DNA of 64,000 bases from Candidatus Omnitrophota bacterium (GTDB lineage Bacteria; Omnitrophota; Gorgyraeia; JAFGHF01): the NCBI GenBank assembly GCA_016939375.1, contig JAFGHF010000063.1:2119-66118 (forward strand), written 5' to 3'. Below, piece by piece: positions 1-8,476 of this stretch (positions are counted from its first letter, which is position 1; each line of letters opens with the position of its first letter). Both the position numbers and the translations under genes were made by a program. The notes under the pieces are model-generated. The model was not told where the DNA came from, made no database searches, and saw only the letters and a program-made list of their open reading frames with translations.

Positions 1-3000
1 CATCCTGCGTGGCTACGCCCACAGAACAATTATTCAGATGACAATGTCTTAACATCACACAACCGGATGCTACCAGAACAGCGGTACAAAAACCATATTC
101 CTGGGCTCCTAATAAAGCGGCGATGGCCACATCGCGGCCGGTACGCATCTGGCCGTCAGTCTGCAGACAGACACGCGAACGCAGGTTGTTCAATATTAAT
201 GTCTGATGGGTCTCAGAAAGCCCCAGCTCCCAAGGAAGTCCTGCATATCTAATCGAACTCTTTGGCGAGGCCCCCGTACCTCCGTCGCCTCCGGATATAA
301 GTATCATATCGGCATGGCCCTTGGCTACTCCCGCGGCGACTGTCCCCACTCCGATTTCAGAGACCAACTTTACGCTGATACGCGCTTGGGGATTTGCATT
401 CTTTAAATCAAATATCAACTGCGCCAGATCTTCGATAGAATATATATCGTGATGCGGCGGCGGTGATATCAAAGTCACCCCTTGCGTAGTATGCCTGGTG
501 CGGGCGATTATCTCACTCACTTTGTGCCCGGGAAGCTGACCCCCTTCGCCCGGCTTTGCCCCTTGGGCAATCTTGATTTGTATTTCATCGGCATTGACCA
601 AATAATTTATGGTCACACCAAATCTCCCGGAAGCGACCTGCTTTATAGCGCTTCTTCTTGAATCTCCGTTAGGAAGCGTGATAAACCTATTGGGGTCCTC
701 GCCACCTTCTCCGGTGTTGGATTTACCGCCGATCCTGTTCATGGCGATAGCGATAGTCTCATGCGCAGGGCTGCTAATCGAGCCAAAACTCATCGCCCCT
801 GTGGCAAAACGCCGCATGATATTTTCCGCCGGCTCGACCTGTTCAATAGGAATAGAATCTTTCTTTTTAAATTCAAGCAGGCTTCTTAAGGTCGTGGGGT
901 TGGCTGATTGATCGTTTATCGCCTGGGCAAATTCCTTGTATCTTTGGTAGTCATTCTTACGCGTAGCATCTTGTAACGCGACTATGCTCTGCGGGTTCCA
1001 TAGATGGAACTCTCCGTCTTTCTTCCATTGATATATACCGCCGCTAGCCAAGTAATCAACGCCTATATCCCTTTGTGGATAGGCCTGTTTGTGTCGCGAA
1101 ATAGTCTCCTGGGCGATTTCATCAAGACCTACGCCACCGATACGCGATACGGTGCCGCTGAAATATTCCTCTATCAGTTCCATATTTAACCCCAAGGCCT
1201 CGAATATCTGCGCGCCACGGTAGCTTCTTAAAGTCGATATGCCCATTTTTGATAGAATCTTCAATATACCGTCTGTTATGGCCTTTTTATAGTTTTTTAT
1301 CGCGACCTTTAAGTCTGAATCTATCTCTTTTTCATTTATCAGGTATTCTATGGCCTCGTAGGCAAGGTAAGGGTTTACGCAACCCGCCCCATAACCGAAT
1401 AAAAGCGCAAAGTGGTGCACTTCCCTGGGTTCAGCGCTTTCCACTATTATCGCTACCTGAGAACGGATATTTTTCCTCACTAGGTGCTGATGCACAGCAC
1501 TGGTAGCCAAGAGCGTGGGCAGCGCGATGTTATCTTTATCCGCTCCCCGGTCACTCAATATAATAAAGGAATAACCTTTTTCAATGGCGTATTCGGCCTC
1601 AAAGCATATCCTCTGCAAGGCCTGTCTAAAACCTTCTTTTCCTCCGCCGACATCAAAAAAGGTATATATAGTCTTGGTCTTGAAACCGTTGATGCTGATA
1701 TCGCGTATTTTTTCAAGTTCTGCGTCTGTCAAAATTGGGTTTCTCACCCTTAGCTTATGACTGTGTTTTTGCGTTTCATCCAATATATTCTGCTCCGGAC
1801 CGATAAAACTCTCCAGGCTCATCACCAGTTTCTCGCGGATAGAATCTATGGCCGGATTGGTCACCTGTGCGAAGAGTTGCTTGAAATAGTTGTATAAAAG
1901 CTGAGGCTTTTTGGACAAAAACGCATGCGGTGTATCGTTGCCCATAGAGCCTACCGGTTCTTTGCCTTCTTCGGCCTTGGGCCTGATGACCAGTTTTAGG
2001 TCTTCCCGCGTATAACCAAAAGCCTTAAGGCTGGGGATTAAATCTTGCGTCCTTTGGCTTGAGGAACTCACGCTAAGCAGTTTATCCAGATCGACCATAT
2101 TCTCTTCATTCCACTTTCCATATGGCTGGCGCGAGGACATCCTTTTCTTTATCTGCGAATCATTTACTATACAACCTGATTCTGTGTTGATAAAAAATAT
2201 TTTACCGGGCTCTAGCCTCCCGCAATGCTTGATATTCTCTGGGGCTATATCAAGGACACCCACTTCAGAGGCCATGACCACAAAATCGTCTTTGCTGACG
2301 ATATAGCGGGCAGGACGTAAGCCGTTTCTATCCAGCACCGCCCCGATATTCTTCCCGTCGGTAAAAGCGATAGCGGCCGGGCCATCCCACGGCTCCATAA
2401 AACAGGCGTGATATCTATAAAAATCTCTCAATTTTTTATCCATCAGCCCATCGTGCTCCCAGGCCGCGGGAATAAGCATCGTCATCGCGTGCTCAAGAGA
2501 CCTGCCCGAGAGGACTAAAAGCTCAAATATGTTGTCTATCGCCGCGGAATCACTTCCCCCTTCTACGATGACGGGTTTCAGTTTTTCAATATCGGTGCCG
2601 AAAAGTTCAGTGGTCAAGAGTCTTTCTCTAGCCCTAACCCAATTTATATTTCCGCGCAAGGTATTTATCTCACCGTTGTGGGCCAAAAACCTAAAGGGTT
2701 GAGCCAGGTCCCAGGTGGGAAAGGTATTGGTGCTGTAGCGCGAGTGCACCAGACAAAGAGAACTCTCTATCGAAGTATCTTTTAAGTCCAAAAAGAAGTC
2801 CTGCAGTTGAGAAGGCATCAAAAGTCCTTTATAGCTTAAGGTCCGGCCTGAGAGATTAGTGATGTAGAAAAATGATTTCTGTTCAATAGAAGATGCCCTG
2901 ACCTCGGCCTCGAGTTGCTTGCGGATGATATAGAGTTTCCTCTCAAAAGCAAGTTCGTCTTTCAATTCTTTGTCTCTTTTGATGAATACCTGCGATATAT

Positions 3001-3442
3001 AAGGCATGGTCTGGCGGGCACCGTCTCCTATCACCGAGCTCTCTATGGGGACCTCACGCCAACCCAAAAGCTGCTGGCCTTCCTGCGTGATGACTTTTTG
3101 GAAAATATCTAGGCAGGTCTTTCTCTCATTTTCATCCTGAGGTAAAAAAACAAGCCCTGTGCCATAAGATCCCAAAGCAGGTAAATCAATATGTGCCTTT
3201 TTGCATTCTTTAAATAAAAACTTATGCGGCATCTGGATGAGGATACCGGCGCCGTCTCCAGTGAGCGGGTCAGCGCCTACCGCACCGCGGTGGCTTAAAC
3301 GTCTGAGTACCTCGATCCCTTTTTTGACGATATCATAGGACTTCTTCCCTTTAATGTTACAGACGAATCCCACGCCGCAATTATCGTGCTCGAATCGCGG
3401 ATCATATAGACCCTGCTTTAGGGGGAAATGTCTGTATTTCAC
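1..3442 (-). CDS. gltB: Glutamate synthase (GOGAT) large subunit, partial; C-terminal end lies beyond the window start
   Basis: Manual reverse-complement translation gives one continuous frame of ~1146 aa. It starts [27 protein letters not shown] (the Ntn amidotransferase Cys), followed by a TLRGNINW-like motif, the central domain and an FMN-binding region ending ...GDGGTGASP...[14 protein letters not shown]. The ORF track omits it because it has no stop inside the window. The GTG start (complement of 3440-3442) overlaps the TGA stop of the upstream gene, forming GTGA. Confidence 0.88.
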   Translation of the reverse strand, partial: MKYRHFPLKQGLYDPRFEHDNCGVGFVCNIKGKKSYDIVKKGIEVLRRLSHRGAVGADPLTGDGAGILIQMPHKFLFKECKKAHIDLPALGSYGTGLVFLPQDENERKTCLDIFQKVITQEGQQLLGWREVPIESSVIGDGARQTMPYISQVFIKRDKELKDELAFERKLYIIRKQLEAEVRASSIEQKSFFYITNLSGRTLSYKGLLMPSQLQDFFLDLKDTSIESSLCLVHSRYSTNTFPTWDLAQPFRFLAHNGEINTLRGNINWVRARERLLTTELFGTDIEKLKPVIVEGGSDSAAIDNIFELLVLSGRSLEHAMTMLIPAAWEHDGLMDKKLRDFYRYHACFMEPWDGPAAIAFTDGKNIGAVLDRNGLRPARYIVSKDDFVVMASEVGVLDIAPENIKHCGRLEPGKIFFINTESGCIVNDSQIKKRMSSRQPYGKWNEENMVDLDKLLSVSSSSQRTQDLIPSLKAFGYTREDLKLVIRPKAEEGKEPVGSMGNDTPHAFLSKKPQLLYNYFKQLFAQVTNPAIDSIREKLVMSLESFIGPEQNILDETQKHSHKLRVRNPILTDAELEKIRDISINGFKTKTIYTFFDVGGGKEGFRQALQRICFEAEYAIEKGYSFIILSDRGADKDNIALPTLLATSAVHQHLVRKNIRSQVAIIVESAEPREVHHFALLFGYGAGCVNPYLAYEAIEYLINEKEIDSDLKVAIKNYKKAITDGILKILSKMGISTLRSYRGAQIFEALGLNMELIEEYFSGTVSRIGGVGLDEIAQETISRHKQAYPQRDIGVDYLASGGIYQWKKDGEFHLWNPQSIVALQDATRKNDYQRYKEFAQAINDQSANPTTLRSLLEFKKKDSIPIEQVEPAENIMRRFATGAMSFGSISSPAHETIAIAMNRIGGKSNTGEGGEDPNRFITLPNGDSRRSAIKQVASGRFGVTINYLVNADEIQIKIAQGAKPGEGGQLPGHKVSEIIARTRHTTQGVTLISPPPHHDIYSIEDLAQLIFDLKNANPQARISVKLVSEIGVGTVAAGVAKGHADMILISGGDGGTGASPKSSIRYAGLPWELGLSETHQTLILNNLRSRVCLQTDGQMRTGRDVAIAALLGAQEYGFCTAVLVASGCVMLRHCHLNNCSVGVATQD

Positions 3443-3699
3443 TTTTTAAATCTCTCCACGTCAATATCGAGTTTTTGTATCTTTTTGTGCAAAGTATTAC
3501 GGTTTAGACCTAAAAGCCTTGCTGCCTGAATTTGATTGCCTTCGGTACGTTTTAAGGCCTTGCTAATAATCGCCCTTTCAATACTACTAATAGTATCGTC
3601 ATAGATATGGCCGGAGTCTACGCTGTGAAAATCTTCGTTTAACGAATCGTAAATATCATCCATAACTAATTTGCCTAATTTTTGTGCACTCCCGGACAA
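3439..3699 (-). CDS. Stand-alone Fis/NtrC-family helix-turn-helix DNA-binding protein (86 aa)
   Basis: The C-terminal region ...[27 protein letters not shown] matches the HTH_8 (Fis/NtrC C-terminal) signature. There is no receiver or AAA+ domain. It sits between glnA and gltB. Confidence 0.7.
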   Translation of the reverse strand: MSGSAQKLGKLVMDDIYDSLNEDFHSVDSGHIYDDTISSIERAIISKALKRTEGNQIQAARLLGLNRNTLHKKIQKLDIDVERFKK

Positions 3700-3760
3700 A
3701 ATTTTTTGTAGGCCCCGCTTCTAAATAGCGGTTTTGAAGCAGGGCCTACCGCTTTACTCG

Positions 3761-5092
3761 TTATAGGACCGAAAGATATTTATCCAGTTCGTATTGAGGC
3801 ACCTGGATGCGGTAATCATCCCATTCCTTCTTTTTAAGTTGTATAAACCTGGGGAATATATGCTCTCCCAGTGTCTTTTTGACCAGGGCGCTGTCTTCGG
3901 TTATGGCAATGGCATGGCCCAGTGAATCGGGTAAGGTCTCGATGCCTTGGGTCCTTCTCTCCTCGGCGCTTAAGTGGTATAGGTTTTGCTCCATCGGCTT
4001 AGGTACTTTGTATTTTTTCTCTATGCCTTCCAAGCCGGCTTGAAGCATAGCGGCAAATGTAAGGTAAGGATTGCACGCCGGGTCACAGGCTCTAAATTCG
4101 CAGCGCGTGGCTTTTTCTTGACCGGGATGATAAAGCGGTACGCGTATAAGCGCGCTTCTGTTCCTGCGGCTCCAGGCCACATATACCGGGGCTTCATATC
4201 CGGGGACTAACCTCTTGTACGAGTTTGTGGTCTGGGCAAATATGGAACATATCTCCTTGGAATGTTTCAAGAGGCCCGCGATATAATACTGGGCTGTGCT
4301 TGAGAGAAAGTCTTTGGACTTGGCATCGAAAAAGGCATTTTTACTTCCTTTAAAAAGCGACTGGTGTGTATGCATGCCGGAACCGTTTTCGCCAAAAATA
4401 GGTTTGGGCATAAAAGTGGCATATACGCCGAACTTGCTGGCTATTTCTTTTACGACTACCCTGTAGGTGATTACGTTATCGGCCATCTCCAAGGCGTCTT
4501 TATAACGCATATCGACTTCGTGCTGTGAAGGGGCGACCTCATGGTGGGAATATTCCACATCGATGCCCATTTTCTCAAGGGCTAATACCGTCTCTCTTCT
4601 TAAATCGCTGGCTACATCTAAGGTAGTAAGGTCAAAGTAACCACCTTTATCCAGTATGTCCGCAGAATTATCGGCCTTGAAATAGAAAAATTCGAGCTCG
4701 GGACCCAGATAATAATGGTCAAAACCCATCTTCTCTGCCCTCTCCAGTGCCCGCTTGAGCACATACCGTGGGTCGCCTTCGTAAGGGGTCTTATCCGGGT
4801 TTAATATATCGCAGATCATTCTGCCCACAGCTTTTTCTTTGGGCCGCCAGGGCAGAATCTGAAAAGTATCCGGATCGGGCATAGCAATCATATCCGATTC
4901 CTCTATATCCTGATAACCGGTGATAGAGGAGCCGTCAAAGCCCATGCCGTTTTCCAGAGCACCCTCCAACTCCTTATCGGTGATGGAGAAGCTCTTTACC
5001 CTGCCTAAGACGTCGGTAAACCACAGACGTATAAATTTGACATCCTTCTCCTTTGCCAGCTTTAAAATATCCTGTTTTGTTTTCTTTGCCAT
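3761..5092 (-). CDS. glnA: Glutamine synthetase type I (443 aa, GSI-alpha size class)
   Basis: Full-length GS type I catalytic-domain similarity by eye (N-terminal beta-grasp region MAKKTKQDILKLAKEKDVKFIRLWFTDVLG, catalytic domain, NLYHLSAEE near the C-terminus). An AGGAGG RBS sits 8 nt upstream of the ATG. Confidence 0.95.
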   Translation of the reverse strand: MAKKTKQDILKLAKEKDVKFIRLWFTDVLGRVKSFSITDKELEGALENGMGFDGSSITGYQDIEESDMIAMPDPDTFQILPWRPKEKAVGRMICDILNPDKTPYEGDPRYVLKRALERAEKMGFDHYYLGPELEFFYFKADNSADILDKGGYFDLTTLDVASDLRRETVLALEKMGIDVEYSHHEVAPSQHEVDMRYKDALEMADNVITYRVVVKEIASKFGVYATFMPKPIFGENGSGMHTHQSLFKGSKNAFFDAKSKDFLSSTAQYYIAGLLKHSKEICSIFAQTTNSYKRLVPGYEAPVYVAWSRRNRSALIRVPLYHPGQEKATRCEFRACDPACNPYLTFAAMLQAGLEGIEKKYKVPKPMEQNLYHLSAEERRTQGIETLPDSLGHAIAITEDSALVKKTLGEHIFPRFIQLKKKEWDDYRIQVPQYELDKYLSVL

Positions 5093-5120
5093 TTTAGTCC
5101 TCCTGTTTTAATAAATATTA

Positions 5121-5160
5121 GACATAAAAAAAGACGTTCTTATCTCTTTAAGAACGTCTT
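5121..5160 (-). terminator. Intrinsic terminator/attenuator hairpin in the glnA leader
   Basis: On the minus strand: AAGACGTTCTTAaagagaTAAGAACGTCTT followed by TTTTTTTAT, about 30 nt upstream of the glnA RBS. Confidence 0.6.
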
Positions 5161-5180
5161 TGTCCTTTTCACCTTGTGCT

Positions 5181-5197
5181 TGCACAAACTTTGTGCA
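5181..5197. promoter_or_regulatory. Perfect 17-bp palindrome TGCACAAACTTTGTGCA (candidate NtrC-type operator)
   Basis: Half-sites TGCAC...GTGCA with the same 17-bp span as the NtrC consensus TGCACC-N5-GGTGCA. It lies in the glnA leader between the conserved box and the terminator. Confidence 0.4.
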
Positions 5198-5230
5198 GTT
5201 ATTTACACAATTATCTCTTCCACCATTGAT

Positions 5231-5265
5231 AAGTAAAAAATCGCCTCTTTTGGTAACCTTCTTTT
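5231..5265 (-). promoter_or_regulatory. Conserved ~35-nt leader box, copy 1 (glnA leader)
   Basis: The minus-strand sequence AAGAAGGTTACCAAAAGAGGCGATTTTTTACTTA is near-identical to the copy upstream of amtB. Confidence 0.5.
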
Positions 5266-5275
5266 TCAAAAAAAT

Positions 5276-5617
5276 TTATCCTATGGCCTGCCCGCCGCTT
5301 TGGCCTGTTCTGATCCTGATGCATTCGGGTAGGTCCAGAATAAATATCTTACCATCGCCAATCTGGCCAGTCTTGGCCCCTTTTATGATGGCATCAATGG
5401 TCGGCTGGACAAAATCCTCATTTACCGCTATCTCTAACCTTACTTTTTTCAACAAGTTAACTTCATGTATGACCCCTCTATAGGTCTCTGTATAGCCCTT
5501 TTGCTGGCCGCAGCCCAAGGCATTGGTAACAGTCATCTTAAAGACTTCGGCATCATATAGGGCCGCCTTTACATCGGGTAGTTTATGGGGTTGTATCATT
5601 GCAATTATTAGTTTCAC
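5276..5617 (-). CDS. glnB: Nitrogen regulatory protein P-II
   Basis: 113 aa; [13 protein letters not shown]...[11 protein letters not shown] (T-loop with Tyr)...GDGKIFI. Canonical P-II. Confidence 0.95.
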   Translation of the reverse strand: MKLIIAMIQPHKLPDVKAALYDAEVFKMTVTNALGCGQQKGYTETYRGVIHEVNLLKKVRLEIAVNEDFVQPTIDAIIKGAKTGQIGDGKIFILDLPECIRIRTGQSGGQAIG

Positions 5618-5632
5618 GGCATCCTCCTTAAC

Positions 5633-6916
5633 CTATTGTGTAGTAAAGACTTGAAATCCGGAATAGGACTCCATCCCATGTTGACTAAGGTCCAACCCTT
5701 TCAACTCCTCTTCTCTGGAAACCCTTAGGCCTACTGACTTATCAATCATCTTAAACACAAAAAACATCACGCTGAGCACAAATACAACAACACTGAATAC
5801 GCCCAACGCCTGTACTCCCAGCTGGGTGAACCCTCCACCATGAAAAAGTCCGTCTCTGGCCAAACCCAATGCCTTACGGCCAAAAATACCCACAGCCAAT
5901 GTACCCCATATACCATTCATCGCATGTACCGGCACCGCTCCCACAGGATCGTCTACTAATACCTTATCAAGAAATACAGTTCCCAAAACTACGATTATAC
6001 CGGCTATAGCGCCAATAATCATAGCCTCATAAGGCATGACAAAGGCACAAGGTGCAGTTATCGCTACCAATCCCGCCAATGCCCCGTTCATGGTCATGGT
6101 TAAGTCCGGTTTTCCGAACTTACGCCAGGCAAAAAACATAGCCACTAGCCCCCCGCTGGCCGCAGCCAGATTTGTGGTAATAGCCACATGGGCGATTTGG
6201 CTTCCGTCGCCTACGCTAAGCGTAGAACCGGGATTAAATCCAAACCAGGCAAACCATAAAATCAGTGTCCCTAAAGAGGCTAAGGACATGGAATGTCCGG
6301 CAATAGCATTGGCTGAGCCGTCCTTATTAAACTTGCCGATTCTGGGACCAAGAATTATTGTTCCCATCAAGGCCGCACAACCTCCCACTGCATGCACAAC
6401 GGTGGAGCCGGCAAAATCAGCAAAATCAAGACCGGCCAACCAACCGCCGCCCCAAATCCAGTGTCCTACTAAAGGATAGACGGTCGCGGAAATAATGAAA
6501 GAATACAACAAATATGCGGGAAACTTCATTCTCTCTGCCACGCCACCGGCAACAATAGTCGCTGCCGCCCCGCAGAATACCGCGTGAAAAAACCAATTGG
6601 CGTACAACGGAAGGTCATTATGCGCCACGGTTCCGTTTAGAAACCATCCTGAAAAACCCATAAAGGCGTTTCCGCTACCGAACATTATGGCATAGCCAAA
6701 CATAAAAAAGCCCAATGAGGCCATGCAGAAATCTAAAAAGTTATTCATTAACACGTTACAGGCGTTTTTGGTCCTGATTAAACCCGCTTCAAGCATGCCA
6801 AAACCAGCTTGCATTATAAAGACCATAAACGCCGCAATCATCACCCAAAGCGTGTCAATCCCTACTTTACTAGCATAAATTACGTTTTCCACCTTACTTC
6901 TCCTTTCCAAAAACAA
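5633..6916 (-). CDS. amtB: Ammonium transporter (Amt family)
   Basis: ~420 aa polytopic membrane protein with Amt family similarity. The track start is a TTG. A GTG 8 codons downstream (complement ~6890-6892) has a GGAAAGGAG RBS and is the more likely start. Confidence 0.93.
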   Translation of the reverse strand: MFLERRSKVENVIYASKVGIDTLWVMIAAFMVFIMQAGFGMLEAGLIRTKNACNVLMNNFLDFCMASLGFFMFGYAIMFGSGNAFMGFSGWFLNGTVAHNDLPLYANWFFHAVFCGAAATIVAGGVAERMKFPAYLLYSFIISATVYPLVGHWIWGGGWLAGLDFADFAGSTVVHAVGGCAALMGTIILGPRIGKFNKDGSANAIAGHSMSLASLGTLILWFAWFGFNPGSTLSVGDGSQIAHVAITTNLAAASGGLVAMFFAWRKFGKPDLTMTMNGALAGLVAITAPCAFVMPYEAMIIGAIAGIIVVLGTVFLDKVLVDDPVGAVPVHAMNGIWGTLAVGIFGRKALGLARDGLFHGGGFTQLGVQALGVFSVVVFVLSVMFFVFKMIDKSVGLRVSREEELKGLDLSQHGMESYSGFQVFTTQ

Positions 6917-6947
6917 AAAGGGCGTCTTTTCTTAAAAAACGCCCTTG
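6908..6947 (-). terminator. Intrinsic terminator/attenuator hairpin in the amtB leader
   Basis: On the minus strand: AAGGGCGTTTTTTAAGAAAAGACGCCCTT followed by TTTGTTTTTGG, ending a few nt before the amtB RBS. Confidence 0.6.
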
Positions 6948-6983
6948 TTAAAAACACTACTCTGTGCTTTTTCTCTATCTACA

Positions 6984-7018
6984 CTCTATTAAGTAAAAAA
7001 TCACCTCTTTTGGTAACC
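6984..7018 (-). promoter_or_regulatory. Conserved ~35-nt leader box, copy 2 (amtB leader; overlaps the last codons of the sigma-like gene)
   Basis: The minus-strand sequence AAGAAGGGTTACCAAAAGAGGTGATTTTTTACTTA matches 33/35 positions of the glnA-leader copy. Confidence 0.5.
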
Positions 7019-7516
7019 CTTCTTGCGCCATTTTTTAATCATATTCTTTTTATATTTAAGGACCATGACGTGTGAAATGCTCATTTCATCGGCAATCTGG
7101 CGCACAGTATAGCCTTTAAGAAGATATGAGAGGACTGTCCTTTCCTTTTCAGTTAAGCCTGTCTTCTTTATCTCATCGACTGTGATCTTATCTTCAACGC
7201 TCGAGCCAAAGGGGAGCTTTTTGTCCTCGATGATATCGCCTAATGTAAGGCCCCCGGGAGTAATAACCTCATCGAGGCTGGAAAATATTGCCTTGGGCCT
7301 TCCTTTTCTTAAGAAATTCTTTATGTGAAACTCGCAGGCTTTGATCACATAGGCCTCGTTTTTTCCTATTGGCAGACCTTGGCCGTAATTTTGCCATAAA
7401 AAAATACACATCTCCTGATAGAGGTCCTCTTCAGAATAGAAGCCATAGAGCAGGTTTTTTCTGGCAATATGCTTAAGAACAGGTGTTATTTTATCCAGCA
7501 ATATCCTAAAATCCAT
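7001..7516 (-). CDS. Sigma-70 family (ECF-like) RNA polymerase sigma factor, 171 aa
   Basis: A region-2-like segment (EDLYQEMCIFLWQNY) plus a C-terminal region-4 HTH (LTEKERTVLSYLLKGYTVRQIADEMSISHVMVLKYKKN). Confidence 0.6.
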   Translation of the reverse strand: MDFRILLDKITPVLKHIARKNLLYGFYSEEDLYQEMCIFLWQNYGQGLPIGKNEAYVIKACEFHIKNFLRKGRPKAIFSSLDEVITPGGLTLGDIIEDKKLPFGSSVEDKITVDEIKKTGLTEKERTVLSYLLKGYTVRQIADEMSISHVMVLKYKKNMIKKWRKKGYQKR

Positions 7517-7540
7517 CTTTTTTTGCCCTTTATATAGAAA

Positions 7541-7580
7541 AAGGGCGTCTTAAAGCCAAAGCATGGCTTCAAACGCCCTT
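7541..7580 (-). promoter_or_regulatory. Leader hairpin immediately upstream of the sigma-like gene RBS
   Basis: AAGGGCGT...ACGCCCTT stem (the same stem sequence as the amtB leader terminator) followed by TTTTTCT. Its 5' arm can alternatively pair with GCCCTTT at 7524-7530. Confidence 0.45.
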
Positions 7581-7587
7581 GTTTGTA

Positions 7588-7616
7588 CAAAAAAAGACGT
7601 TCTAAGAAGAACGTCT
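7588..7616 (-). terminator. Intrinsic terminator after the GAF-ANTAR gene
   Basis: AGACGTTCTTcttAGAACGTCT followed by TTTTTTTG on the minus strand (the same stem as the glnA-leader terminator). Confidence 0.6.
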
Positions 7617-7681
7617 ATGTTCCGGGCACATCTATGTGCCCTTCATCTATGAGTATAGCACAATATTAGGGTGCGGTCAAC

Positions 7682-8407
7682 TCATTTTTTATAAGATTTT
7701 TTCATCTCCTCGGCCAATATTATGGCCTCTGATACATCACGCATGCTCTTTCTGCTGTCCATGCTGTATTTCCTTAAGCGCTGGTATGCCTGTTTCTCCG
7801 TTAAGCGCTCCTGCTCCATTATGATGCCCTTGGCCTTCTCAATAGATTTTCTTGCTTCCAGCTCTTCCTTGATAACCTTGGACTCCACTACCAGCCTAAA
7901 ATTCTCGATTACGATAGCGGCCTGATTGGCAATCGACTTTAAGGCATTTATCTCATTTTTGCTGAATTCATGTGGTTTAGAGGTATAGCTATTTAATACG
8001 CCTATGGGCTTTCCTTTAAATATTAGCGGCACACATAATAATGAACAAAGCTTCTCTTTTTTGGCAATGCTGGTATTAATATAATCTTTATCTTTACGCA
8101 CATCGGTCACGGTAATCGGCTTTCCCTCTTTAGCTACTTTGCCGGCAATGCCATTGCCTATCTTGATATTCGGCTTCTTGTTATATGCCTCACTGACCGA
8201 TTGAGTGGCCTTGACCTCCAATTCCTGCGTTTTTTTGTTTAATAACATTATAGAGCAGATTTTAGAGCTCATCACCTCGGCAGTTACAGTGACAATAAGT
8301 TTGAGCACATCGTCCAAGTAGGAATCCGAGGCTATAGCCTCACCTATCTTGGCTAATGCCTGGATTATATGCTTGGGATCACATATTTGTTTATTTTCCC
8401 TTGCCAT
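7682..8407 (-). CDS. GAF domain + ANTAR domain RNA-binding antiterminator-type regulator (241 aa)
   Basis: An N-terminal GAF-like ~150 aa is followed by a C-terminal ANTAR signature IEKAKGIIMEQERLTEKQAYQRLRKYSMDSRKSMRDVSEAIILAEEM. Confidence 0.8.
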   Translation of the reverse strand: MARENKQICDPKHIIQALAKIGEAIASDSYLDDVLKLIVTVTAEVMSSKICSIMLLNKKTQELEVKATQSVSEAYNKKPNIKIGNGIAGKVAKEGKPITVTDVRKDKDYINTSIAKKEKLCSLLCVPLIFKGKPIGVLNSYTSKPHEFSKNEINALKSIANQAAIVIENFRLVVESKVIKEELEARKSIEKAKGIIMEQERLTEKQAYQRLRKYSMDSRKSMRDVSEAIILAEEMKKSYKK

Positions 8408-8476
8408 GTCTCTTGGTTTCCTTAATAACCCTTATATCAAATCGCTATGGGCAAGTCAATATCTATAAATATGACG

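Noticed and set aside
67-3112. Multiple short plus-strand ORFs (67-252, 206-406, 609-911, 1004-1189, 1249-1506, 1484-1753, 2915-3112)
   Set aside because: They are all antisense to the continuous gltB reading frame, which I translated manually. They are low-complexity and lack motifs. A long ORF with many antisense frames open is expected.
3700-3760. Possible hairpin (GTAGGCCC...GGGCCTAC) between glnA and the Fis-like gene
   Set aside because: Long irregular loop and no clear U-tract on the coding (minus) strand; not convincing as a terminator.
5093-5280. Glutamine riboswitch (glnA RNA motif) in the glnA leader
   Set aside because: I could not recognise the conserved glutamine-riboswitch core sequences by eye. 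The terminator-plus-box architecture fits protein-mediated antitermination better. An Infernal scan is still required to exclude it.
3986-6479. Plus-strand ORFs inside glnA, glnB and amtB (3986-4210, 4920-5111, 5160-5483, 6036-6479)
   Set aside because: Antisense to, or overlapping, well-supported conserved genes. The 5160-5483 ORF spans the glnA leader and terminator and is Pro/Leu-rich junk.
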